The translations under genes were made by a program, and so were the position numbers. The notes under the pieces were generated by a model, which was not told where the DNA came from, did not search any database, and was given only the letters and a program-made list of their open reading frames with translations. Below, piece by piece: positions 9,293 to 17,298 of a stretch of 64,000 nt of DNA (its first letter is position 1; every line of letters begins with the position of its first letter). Source of the DNA: Bacteroidales bacterium (lineage in GTDB: Bacteria; Bacteroidota; Bacteroidia; Bacteroidales; P3); assembly GCA_017469625.1 (NCBI GenBank), contig JAFUGA010000027.1:7628-71627 (forward strand). The letters run 5' to 3'.

Positions 9293-9302
9293 AATTTTGT
9301 TT

Positions 9303-9407
9303 TTATTTACTTGTTTGTTTCTTATTTTGTTTGTTCTCTAAATGGATAAACAAACAACCTATAAGCACACATACAATCAACAATATAAAACTAACATACG
9401 CATTCAT
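9303..9407 (-). CDS. 34-aa single-TM hydrophobic peptide (not in ORF track)
   Basis: Hand translation: MNAYVSFILLIVCVLIGCLFIHLENKQNKKQTSK. AGGAG lies 7 nt upstream. Gaps are 15 nt to the upstream ORF and 10 nt to the downstream ORF. Confidence 0.3.
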   Translation of the reverse strand: MNAYVSFILLIVCVLIGCLFIHLENKQNKKQTSK

Positions 9408-9422
9408 TATAAACTCCTTTCT

Positions 9423-9620
9423 CTATTCTTTACTTTCTTTTGTAAAATATAATCCTAATATCAATACACCTACAACAGCAACACATATTAAGATATGTGT
9501 GATTGTATTCCAATCCCCAATTCCGTTAAACCACGTTGATAACAATACCGCAGTCATTAAATACTTTGCAATATCCATCAACCATTTTCCGAATTCTTTT
9601 TTCATTTTATCTTCTTTCAC
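9423..9620 (-). CDS. 65-aa two-TM small membrane protein
   Basis: MKEDKMKKEFGKWLMDIAKYLMTAVLLSTWF...ILICVAVVGVLILGLYF. First ORF of a tightly spaced 4-ORF minus-strand cassette. A promoter box lies immediately upstream. Confidence 0.45.
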   Translation of the reverse strand: MKEDKMKKEFGKWLMDIAKYLMTAVLLSTWFNGIGDWNTITHILICVAVVGVLILGLYFTKESKE

Positions 9621-9624
9621 ACTG

Positions 9625-9632
9625 CAAAGTTA
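9625..9632 (-). promoter_or_regulatory. -7 promoter box TAACTTTG, 4 nt upstream of the ATG at 9620
   Basis: Plus strand reads CAAAGTTA. Same TAnnTTTG-N4-ATG geometry as at 2208-2215. Confidence 0.4.
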
Positions 9633-9698
9633 CAAAATGTTTTACTTTTAGCAAGTATAAACTCCAATTTTTCAGAGAGAAAAGGTAGAATTTATATA

Positions 9699-9909
9699 TA
9701 AAGTTTCGTTTTCTTGTAACTTTATTTTGAAAATTCTCTTTCTTTGTTTCGCTATTCTGAAACTTTGTTTTAGAATTCTATCTCTTTGTTTTAATTTTCT
9801 ATCTCTTTGTTTTAGAAAATTAGAATCAAGTTCTACGAAATTAAAACGAAGTTCTACAAAAATAGAATAAAGAGATAGAAAATTCTTTCTTTGTTTTAGA
9901 AAAATGAGA
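9699..9909. repeat. phased 21-bp repeat array, copy B (about 10 units)
   Basis: Units start at 9720 (22 nt), then 9742, 9763, 9784, 9805, 9826, 9847, 9868 and 9889. Examples: CTTTGTTTTAATTTTCTATCT, TCAAGTTCTACGAAATTAAAA, CGAAGTTCTACAAAAATAGAA. Confidence 0.9.
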
Positions 9910-9960
9910 TAAAGTTGTATTCAGATGGGGTAAAAAATTGTTAGTTTGATTAAAAAGTAT

Positions 9961-9968
9961 TAACTTTG
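9961..9968 (+). promoter_or_regulatory. -7 promoter box TAACTTTG upstream of the polysaccharide locus
   Basis: TAnnTTTG match 88 nt upstream of the ATG at 10056. It is the only such box between repeat B and the first locus gene. Confidence 0.45.
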
Positions 9969-10055
9969 CACCTCATTTTTAATATATTTCTTTTGTTAGT
10001 CTATGGGACTGACAGGGCTTTGCCGTTTTTGGATGTTAGGTCTTAAAGGTGTTAA

Positions 10056-11591
10056 ATGCTTGAAAATAATTTAGATAGTAAAAGAATAGCCAAAAATACA
10101 CTTATTCTCTACATCAGGATGTTTATCTTGATGATAGTGAATTTGTATATCAGCAGGGTTGTTTTGCATGTGTTGGGTGAAGACGACTATGGAATTTACA
10201 ATGTCGTTGGGGGTGTGGTGGCTATGTTCTCTATACTTTCACAATCTCTTTCTACTGCTGTTAGTAGGTTCATTACCTTTGAGTTAGGTAAAGGAGATAA
10301 GAACAAACTTAAGACTATATTTTCCACATCTCTTATAATACAAATACTTATGGCTCTAATTATCATAATCTTAGCAGAAATTATAGCGGTGTGGTTTCTA
10401 AACAACAGAATGAACATTCCATTGGGAAGGTTAAGTGCTGCTAATTGGGTGTTACAGTTTGCGATAATGTTGTTTGCTCTAAACCTTATAAACGTACCTT
10501 TTAATGCTTGCATAATAGCGCACGAAAAAATGAGTACCTTTGCATACGTTTCTTTGTTGGAAGCTGGTTTGAAACTGTCTGTTGCATACCTTATTACAGC
10601 CACGTCTATGGATAAACTAAAGGCTTATGCTCTTTTGCTTTTATGTGCAGATATGGTAATAAAAGGTATTTATATTATCTATTGCAGACGAAAATTTGAA
10701 GAGTGCAGACTTTCTTTTACTTTTGATAAAAAACTTTTGACAGAATTAGGGTCTTTTGCCGGTTGGAATTTAATAGGTAATGGAGTGTGGATACTTAGTA
10801 CTCAGGGAGTTAATGTGCTTACCAATATGTTTTTTCACGTAAAAGTAAATGCAGCACGAGGTATAGCCGCACAGGTAGATAGTGCTGTGCATAAGTTTGT
10901 TGGCAATTTTTCTTTGGCTCTTTCTCCTCAGATAACGAAATCTTATGCTATGGGTGAGAAATCTTATATGCATTCGTTGATAATAAGAGGCTCAAAATAT
11001 TCTTATTTTCTTATATTTTTCTTTGCTCTTCCTATATGTTTGGAAACTGAAACGGTGTTGGATATATGGCTACACAAGGTACCGGAATATTCTGTTATCT
11101 TTGTGAGGTTGAGTTTTATAGGTACACTTTGTACAGTTTTAGCAGATACACTTGTAAAGAGTATGTTGGCAACAGGAAAGATAAAAAAATATCAAATAAT
11201 TGTGGGAACGGTTGCTTTTTTGGATTTTCCACTTACTTATTTGGTCTATAAATTAGGTTGTTCCCCTGTTTCAGCATATATAGTTTTCATAGCGGTTTAT
11301 TTTGTACTGATATTTGTGCGACTGTATCTTGTGAAGGATTTAATAAACCTGAAACCCTCTTTGTATTTGAAAAACGTGTTGTTAAGAGTTTTTGAAGTAT
11401 CTCTTGTAGCCTGTGTGTTGCCACTGATTATAGTTTTATTGCAACCTCAATCCATGCTAAGACTATTTGAAACTTTGGTAGTAAGTTCTTTAAGTGTATT
11501 GACAACAATATACTTCATAGGTATGGAAAAGAATGAGAGAGAGTTTGTTGTAGAAAAAATCAAAACAAGAATAAATAAATTACGTCCATGA
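10056..11591 (+). CDS. wzx: Wzx-type polysaccharide flippase (MOP superfamily), copy 1
   Basis: 511 aa, hydrophobic throughout with many predicted TM helices. Typical polysaccharide-biosynthesis-protein N-terminus (KNTLILYIRMFILMIVNLYISRVVL). Confidence 0.75.
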   Translation: MLENNLDSKRIAKNTLILYIRMFILMIVNLYISRVVLHVLGEDDYGIYNVVGGVVAMFSILSQSLSTAVSRFITFELGKGDKNKLKTIFSTSLIIQILMALIIIILAEIIAVWFLNNRMNIPLGRLSAANWVLQFAIMLFALNLINVPFNACIIAHEKMSTFAYVSLLEAGLKLSVAYLITATSMDKLKAYALLLLCADMVIKGIYIIYCRRKFEECRLSFTFDKKLLTELGSFAGWNLIGNGVWILSTQGVNVLTNMFFHVKVNAARGIAAQVDSAVHKFVGNFSLALSPQITKSYAMGEKSYMHSLIIRGSKYSYFLIFFFALPICLETETVLDIWLHKVPEYSVIFVRLSFIGTLCTVLADTLVKSMLATGKIKKYQIIVGTVAFLDFPLTYLVYKLGCSPVSAYIVFIAVYFVLIFVRLYLVKDLINLKPSLYLKNVLLRVFEVSLVACVLPLIIVLLQPQSMLRLFETLVVSSLSVLTTIYFIGMEKNEREFVVEKIKTRINKLRP

Positions 11592-12643
11592 TAAAACAAA
11601 GACAATCCAATATAGAACTTCTAAGAATCGTTTCTATGATTATGATTCTTGGTTTGCACGTAAATTTTTACGCTCTTGGTCCTGTGTCTTTGCAAGAGTT
11701 GAACCATAGACCATTAGGTGCTACAAGCAGAATGTTTTTTGAGTTTCTGTGCATAGTAGCCGTTAATGTATTTATTTTTATCTCGGGCTGGTTTTCTATA
11801 AATGCCAAAATAAAAGGTTTTCTAAAGTTTCTCTACCAGATATTGTTTTTCTATATAGGTATATATCTTGTCTTTGTATTTATAGGAGAAAGACAAATAT
11901 CTTGGGAAGGAATACAAGAATGTTTTTTTGCAAAGAAACAAGGCTGGTTTATAAAGGCTTATATCTGTCTTTATATACTTTCACCGGTTTTAAATGCTTT
12001 TGTAAAACACTCAAACGAAAGACAGTTGCGTTTGGTTCTTATAGCCTTTTACATTTTCCAAACAATATATGGTTGGTACTTTGTAGATGCTACCAAATTC
12101 TTTGCTCAAGGATATTCAACACTTTCTTTTATAGGTCTTTATCTTTTGGCAAGATACATAAAACTTTATGCTATGGATAAGAAACTGTTTTCTATGAAAA
12201 AAGAGAAAGATTTAATAGTTTTCTTATCTATTTGCGTTTTGGAAACATTGCTTTTTGTCATCACAAAACAAAACCGTTTAGATGATATAGTGCAGATACT
12301 TTGGATATATTCTTCGCCTTTGGTTATTGTTTCTGCATTGTACTTGCTTTTGTTTTTCTCTAAACTTGAAATTTCAAATAAACATATAAACCGTATAGCC
12401 TTAAGTTCTTTCACGGTTTATTTGTTCCATAGTAACCCTAATATTATGCCTTATTATGTCAAAACAGCGAGAGAAATTTTTTCGACCTATTCTTCTCTTT
12501 CTTGTTTGTTGCTTATGCTTTTAGAGATTATAGTTTTCTATATAGTAGCAACACTGTTAGACTATTTAAGAATAGTAAGTTGGAATGCTCTTTGGCAAAA
12601 ATTTGGCAAAAAAATAGAACACACTTTTTCTAAGAAGCTATAA
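11588..12643 (+). CDS. acyltransferase family 3 (O-acetyltransferase) membrane protein
   Basis: 351 aa multi-TM. N-terminal NIELLRIVSMIMILGLHVNFY pattern of acyltransferase_3. 4-nt overlap with the upstream gene. Confidence 0.8.
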   Translation: MIKQRQSNIELLRIVSMIMILGLHVNFYALGPVSLQELNHRPLGATSRMFFEFLCIVAVNVFIFISGWFSINAKIKGFLKFLYQILFFYIGIYLVFVFIGERQISWEGIQECFFAKKQGWFIKAYICLYILSPVLNAFVKHSNERQLRLVLIAFYIFQTIYGWYFVDATKFFAQGYSTLSFIGLYLLARYIKLYAMDKKLFSMKKEKDLIVFLSICVLETLLFVITKQNRLDDIVQILWIYSSPLVIVSALYLLLFFSKLEISNKHINRIALSSFTVYLFHSNPNIMPYYVKTAREIFSTYSSLSCLLLMLLEIIVFYIVATLLDYLRIVSWNALWQKFGKKIEHTFSKKL

Positions 12644-12645
12644 TT

Positions 12646-13869
12646 ATGAAAAAAGTTATAATCTTCACACAACCTTTACGCATCAATTTTGGAGGAATAC
12701 TCCAAGCCTATGCTCTTCAAAAGACAGTAAGAGATTTAGGTTTTGATGTTATAACAGATAATCCTACTTTGAGAAGAAGATCTTTAATAGTTATATTAAA
12801 AGACTATGCAGCAAGGTTCTTTTATGGAGTTTTGAAAAACGATGACAAATATAAACCTTTTTTCAAAAAACGAGTGAAAAAAGAAGATTATGAAGTTATA
12901 TCTCGTAATCCTCAGAGGTTTATAAAAGAAAATATAAGGACTGTAGATTTTTTTTGCGGAAAACGACATCCTGATAAAAACAAAATAAAACAATACGATA
13001 TATATATAGCAGGTAGCGACCAAGTTTGGCGAAGAAGATATGCAGATGTTAAAAGATATTTCTTTGATTTTTTGGACGATGATTCTATAGATAGATTTTC
13101 TTATGCGGCTTCTTTTGGAGTAGATAATTTGAACGAGTATTCATTGGAAGAAAAGCAGATTTGCAAACAACTTGTTAAGAAATTCAAAGCCGTAAGCGTT
13201 AGAGAGTCCTCTGCAATAGATATTTTGAAAAAAGAGTTTGACCAAGAGGCAGTCTTGGTTTTAGACCCTACTATCCTATTGACAAAAGAGGATTATCTAA
13301 AACTTTGTTCTAATTTTTTAGAATCAAGTTCTACAAACGTAGAATCAAGTTTTAGAAAATTAAAACAAAGTTCTACAAACGAAGAAAAAGGAGATAAAAA
13401 ACGTATGTTTTGTTATGTCCTTGACCAAACAGAACAGACGGGTACTTTGACAAAAAAACTTGCTACTTATTTAAATATGGATACTGAGGGTGTAGGAGTT
13501 AAAGAAAATGTAGATTCAAAAGCCGAAGATATAACCCAATATATACTTCCAGATGTAGAGAAATGGATAATGATGTTTGATGATAGCGATTATATCTTTA
13601 CGGATTCTTTTCACGGTACAGTATTCTCCATTATTTTCAATAAACCTTTTGTAGTCATAATCAATAAAATAAGAGGTGGTTCAAGGTTGTATTCTTTGCT
13701 TTCTTTGTTAGGGTTGGAGGGTAGGATAATAAATTCTGAAGAAGATTTGACAGAGGAGTTTCTAAATCATCTTTACGATATAGATTACGAAAAAGTAAAT
13801 AAAAAGAAAGAAGAACTAAGAGAGTTTTCTTTGAATTATCTTAAACGTGCTTTAGGAGTAGAAGAATAA
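12646..13869 (+). CDS. polysaccharide pyruvyl transferase carrying an in-frame 21-bp-repeat insertion
   Basis: 407 aa. GGILQAYALQKTV, IAGSDQVWRR and TDSFHGTVFSIIFNKPF motifs shared with the paralog at 26694-27898. An extra segment SNFLESSSTNVESSFRKLKQSSTNEE is encoded by repeat units. Confidence 0.8.
   Translation: MKKVIIFTQPLRINFGGILQAYALQKTVRDLGFDVITDNPTLRRRSLIVILKDYAARFFYGVLKNDDKYKPFFKKRVKKEDYEVISRNPQRFIKENIRTVDFFCGKRHPDKNKIKQYDIYIAGSDQVWRRRYADVKRYFFDFLDDDSIDRFSYAASFGVDNLNEYSLEEKQICKQLVKKFKAVSVRESSAIDILKKEFDQEAVLVLDPTILLTKEDYLKLCSNFLESSSTNVESSFRKLKQSSTNEEKGDKKRMFCYVLDQTEQTGTLTKKLATYLNMDTEGVGVKENVDSKAEDITQYILPDVEKWIMMFDDSDYIFTDSFHGTVFSIIFNKPFVVIINKIRGGSRLYSLLSLLGLEGRIINSEEDLTEEFLNHLYDIDYEKVNKKKEELREFSLNYLKRALGVEE
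13303..13386. repeat. phased 21-bp repeat array, copy C (4 units, inside a CDS, in frame)
   Basis: CTTTGTTCTAATTTTTTAGAA / TCAAGTTCTACAAACGTAGAA / TCAAGTTTTAGAAAATTAAAA / CAAAGTTCTACAAACGAAGAA. These are the same unit types as the intergenic arrays. Confidence 0.85.
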
Positions 13870-14876
13870 TGCATAATCCTCTTGTTTCTATAATAGTACC
13901 TGTGTATAATGCAAGCAAGTTTCTGAATGTTTGTATAAAAACACTCGTTGAACAAACCTACAAAAACATAGAGATAATACTTTTTGATGATGGTAGCAAA
14001 GACTCTTCGTTTGAGGTTTGTAAAACATGGGCAGAAAAAGACAAGAGAATAAAAACCTATACACAAGAAAACCAAGGCGTATCTATTACAAGGCTAAACG
14101 CTTTTGAAAAATCTGTGGGAGAGTACGTTACTTTTGTAGATTCGGACGATTATGTAGAAACATCATATATAGAGAAAATGCTCTCTTATGCACAGAAATA
14201 TAATGTAGATGTTGTTTCATCTCAGCACTACAGCGTTATAGATAATCAAAAACATAAGGTAATAAGGAAGTATGTAGGTTTGTACGAAGGGAAATCAAAA
14301 GATGATTTGATAGAAAACGCTTTTCTTTACGACAAACAAACCCAGACAACAGGTATAACGGTGTATCTCTGTACCAAATTGATAAAAAGAGAGTTTGTAA
14401 GAAAGACTTTGCAAGCTGGGTTAAACCTTTGGTACGGTGAAGACCAAGCAGGAGTTTTGCAACTCTTGTATGATTGCGGTTCTGTTTATGTTTCAGATGA
14501 TTATACTTATTATTACGTTATACATAACTCTCAAGTAACCTCCATTTATAAAGACAATCTTTTGCAGGGACAAATAGAGTGCTGGAAAAGACTGAAAGAG
14601 ATAGACTATAAACACCTTTTGGATAAGTATTTTCCTATAAGGATAATGCTGAATTTGAACAACATAATATCAAACAAACTATTGAAACACGTACATAAAT
14701 TTTCAGAGTTCAAGGATAAGGTTAAAACTATAAGAAACGAAGAATTTTTAAAAGATTTCTTTGCTCTGAAGTCCTTACCTTTGTCTATGAAAATGCGTAT
14801 AGAGTTTTCACTTTTGAAGCATAAGTTATTTTTTTGTTTGTATTTGTTTTTGCTGTTGTTGAACAAGATAAGATAA
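13869..14876 (+). CDS. glycosyltransferase family 2
   Basis: 335 aa. VSIIVPVYNASKFL...LFDDGSKDSS...FVDSDD (DxD) motifs. Confidence 0.85.
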   Translation: MHNPLVSIIVPVYNASKFLNVCIKTLVEQTYKNIEIILFDDGSKDSSFEVCKTWAEKDKRIKTYTQENQGVSITRLNAFEKSVGEYVTFVDSDDYVETSYIEKMLSYAQKYNVDVVSSQHYSVIDNQKHKVIRKYVGLYEGKSKDDLIENAFLYDKQTQTTGITVYLCTKLIKREFVRKTLQAGLNLWYGEDQAGVLQLLYDCGSVYVSDDYTYYYVIHNSQVTSIYKDNLLQGQIECWKRLKEIDYKHLLDKYFPIRIMLNLNNIISNKLLKHVHKFSEFKDKVKTIRNEEFLKDFFALKSLPLSMKMRIEFSLLKHKLFFCLYLFLLLLNKIR

Positions 14877-14892
14877 ACCTGTATTTTTTGTT

Positions 14893-15744
14893 ATGCAACC
14901 CTCTCTTAAAGATATTTGGAAAGTAGAAACAGATTTGCTGAAAGAGTTTCAGCGAGTGTGCGAAAAATATTCTATAAAATACATCGCATCTGGTGGAACT
15001 ATGATAGGGGTTGCAAGACACAAAGGATTTATTCCTTGGGATGATGATGTGGATTTGATGATGGAAAGGAGTGAATACAATAAATTACTCTCTCATAGTG
15101 AGGAATTTACTCACCCTTATTTTCTTCAAACTTGGCAAAACGATAAAGGGTATTTTCGTTGTTTTGCTCGTCTGAGAAATTCTGAAACAACGGCTATACA
15201 GAAATCAGAATTGGGGTGCAAATATCCTTATAATCAGGGAGTGTTTATAGATATTTTTCCTATGGACGTTGTTATAGATGATGCAGAACTATTAAAACAA
15301 CAATCCAAACGAGCAAACCATTATCTAAAAAAGGCTTTGTTTTATTCTTCTTTCAAATCTCGCTATTATAAGGATAAAAATCCACTGAAAAGAATTATAA
15401 GACAAACAATTAGAACTTGTTTTTCTTCTTTTATGAACGATGAAAAATATCTTTCTCTTTATGAAAAAGAATGCCAAAAGTACAATAACACATCTTCAAA
15501 CACTCTTTCGCTTTTGTCTTTTCAGTTTGACAATAGAAAACACGATATTTTAAAACAGGATATAGAACAAACGGTGTATATGGATTTTGAAGATATAAAA
15601 ATACCTATGCCAAAAGATTATGATAGATTGCTAACGCATAAATACGGAGATTGGAAAACACCTGTAAAGATGCCAAACTATCACGGCGATATATTTTTTG
15701 ATTTGGATAAACCCTATACATATTATATAAAGGAAAAGAGTTAG
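14893..15744 (+). CDS. LicD-family phosphotransferase (phosphocholine/polyol-phosphate transferase family)
   Basis: 283 aa. GGTMIGVARHKGFIPWDDDVDLMM and IDIFPMD motifs of LicD/fukutin-like nucleotidyltransferase-fold enzymes. Confidence 0.85.
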   Translation: MQPSLKDIWKVETDLLKEFQRVCEKYSIKYIASGGTMIGVARHKGFIPWDDDVDLMMERSEYNKLLSHSEEFTHPYFLQTWQNDKGYFRCFARLRNSETTAIQKSELGCKYPYNQGVFIDIFPMDVVIDDAELLKQQSKRANHYLKKALFYSSFKSRYYKDKNPLKRIIRQTIRTCFSSFMNDEKYLSLYEKECQKYNNTSSNTLSLLSFQFDNRKHDILKQDIEQTVYMDFEDIKIPMPKDYDRLLTHKYGDWKTPVKMPNYHGDIFFDLDKPYTYYIKEKS

Positions 15745-15775
15745 GAAATTTTCTCAAAGAAAAGATAACACATAG

Positions 15776-16513
15776 ATGAAAAATATTCTTGTAATAGGAG
15801 GAGCGAACGGTATAGGTCTTTCACTGGCAAAAACACTTTGCGAAAGACAAGACACTAAAACCGTATATGTTGTAGATAAAAGCAAATGGGACGATACTAT
15901 TTTCAGTAGTGAAAAGGTGCAGAGTTTCGTTTTTGATTTAACAAACGAAGATTACTCATTTTTTAACCGTTTTACAGATATAGATTCTTTGATAATAACG
16001 GCAGGTTTTGGACGGTTGGCTTTGTTCAAAGATATTTCAGACAAAGAGATACAAAACTATTTCGCTGTAAATACTCTTCCTGCTATACGCCTTATACGTT
16101 TGTTTTACGATAAACTGCTTTCAAAAGAAGATTTCTTTTGTTCTGTTATGGTAAGTATTGCAGGTTATATGTCTTCACCTTTCTTTTCTGTTTATGGAGC
16201 AACGAAAGCAGCTTTGAAAATCTTTATAGAGAGTGTGAATGTAGAACTTGAAAAATCTGGAGCAACAAATAGAATACTTAATGTTTCACCTGGTTCTATC
16301 AAAGGAACATCTTTCAACGGCGAAAAGACAGATATTTCTCTTACCTCTTCACTTGCCAACGATATTATAAACAATATGTTACAGAAAAACGATGTTCTTA
16401 TACCTCAATACGAAGAAGTATTTAAACACGTTTTGGAAAGATACCACGAGGATTTTAGAAAAGAGGGACTACATAGTTATGATTATAAATTAAACTCTGG
16501 TAGAGTAAAATGA
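15776..16513 (+). CDS. short-chain dehydrogenase/reductase (SDR)
   Basis: 245 aa. VIGGANGIGLS Rossmann motif and catalytic YGATKAALK (YxxxK). Confidence 0.8.
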   Translation: MKNILVIGGANGIGLSLAKTLCERQDTKTVYVVDKSKWDDTIFSSEKVQSFVFDLTNEDYSFFNRFTDIDSLIITAGFGRLALFKDISDKEIQNYFAVNTLPAIRLIRLFYDKLLSKEDFFCSVMVSIAGYMSSPFFSVYGATKAALKIFIESVNVELEKSGATNRILNVSPGSIKGTSFNGEKTDISLTSSLANDIINNMLQKNDVLIPQYEEVFKHVLERYHEDFRKEGLHSYDYKLNSGRVK

Positions 16514-17298
16514 TAACACAACAAGAACTTGACAAAGTCCATACATACGTACTGCAAATAGCGAAAGAGTTTCACAGTATTTGCTTGGCAAATGGTATTA
16601 CCTATTATATGCTTGGCGGAAGTATGCTTGGAGCAGTGCGACACAAAGGTTTCATTCCTTGGGACGATGATATGGATTTTGGAGTTTTTAGAAAGGATTT
16701 TGAGAAACTTAAAACCCTCTTGCAGAGTTCTATTTCAAAGGATTTAAAACTTGTTTCTAAAGAAAATACTCCAAACTTTTACGGTGGTTTTATAAAGATA
16801 GAAAACACAAAAACACAAATACAAGAAATAAATTCTGAGTTTTATTCTGGCGTAAGTATAGATATTTTTCCTTTGGACAAAACAGACGGCGACACATCTT
16901 TCTTTTCAAACAATCATAAGATAAACCTGCTTTACCATATAAACAATTACCGCTTTTATGATTTGAAAAACTATTCTTTTCTTAAGAAAATGATTTCTCG
17001 TTGTCTGCATATACTACATTTTCCTAAAGATAAGTTTCAAGTATTCAATATTATAGAAAAACGATATTTGAAAAACGAAGGCGATTACATAGCAAACCAT
17101 TATGGAGCGTGGGGAATGAAAGAAACGGTAAAAGAAAAAGTAATGGGAAAACCTACTTTGTATGATTTTGAAGATACAAAGTTTTATGGAGTGGAGGATT
17201 ACGAAGAGTATCTTAAAGCCTTGTACTCGGATTATACTGTTTTACCTCAGCAAGACAAAAGAGTTACCCATATAAAATCTTTTAAAGAAATAGTATGA
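16510..17298 (+). CDS. LicD-family phosphotransferase, second copy
   Basis: 262 aa. GGSMLGAVRHKGFIPWDDDMDFGV and IDIFPLD motifs. Confidence 0.85.
   Translation: MITQQELDKVHTYVLQIAKEFHSICLANGITYYMLGGSMLGAVRHKGFIPWDDDMDFGVFRKDFEKLKTLLQSSISKDLKLVSKENTPNFYGGFIKIENTKTQIQEINSEFYSGVSIDIFPLDKTDGDTSFFSNNHKINLLYHINNYRFYDLKNYSFLKKMISRCLHILHFPKDKFQVFNIIEKRYLKNEGDYIANHYGAWGMKETVKEKVMGKPTLYDFEDTKFYGVEDYEEYLKALYSDYTVLPQQDKRVTHIKSFKEIV

Noticed and set aside
9331-9651. 106-aa plus-strand ORF
   Set aside because: It is antisense to the tightly packed minus-strand small-ORF cassette and has low-complexity, AT-driven composition with no promoter box. It is probably a shadow ORF.
9699-9909. Repeat B as the inverted repeats of a Bacteroides-style invertible promoter controlling the polysaccharide locus
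   Set aside because: The only TAnnTTTG box facing the locus (9961-9968) lies outside the palindrome. No serine or tyrosine recombinase gene is in the window. Identical arrays occur at many non-promoter sites.
8296-10009. tRNA-Gln-targeted integrative island delimited by a direct repeat of the tRNA 3' end
   Set aside because: Only a 7-nt match (ATGGGAC at 8288-8294 and 10003-10009) was found, which is expected by chance over about 1.7 kb. No integrase gene is present. I keep only the weaker description of an accessory islet.
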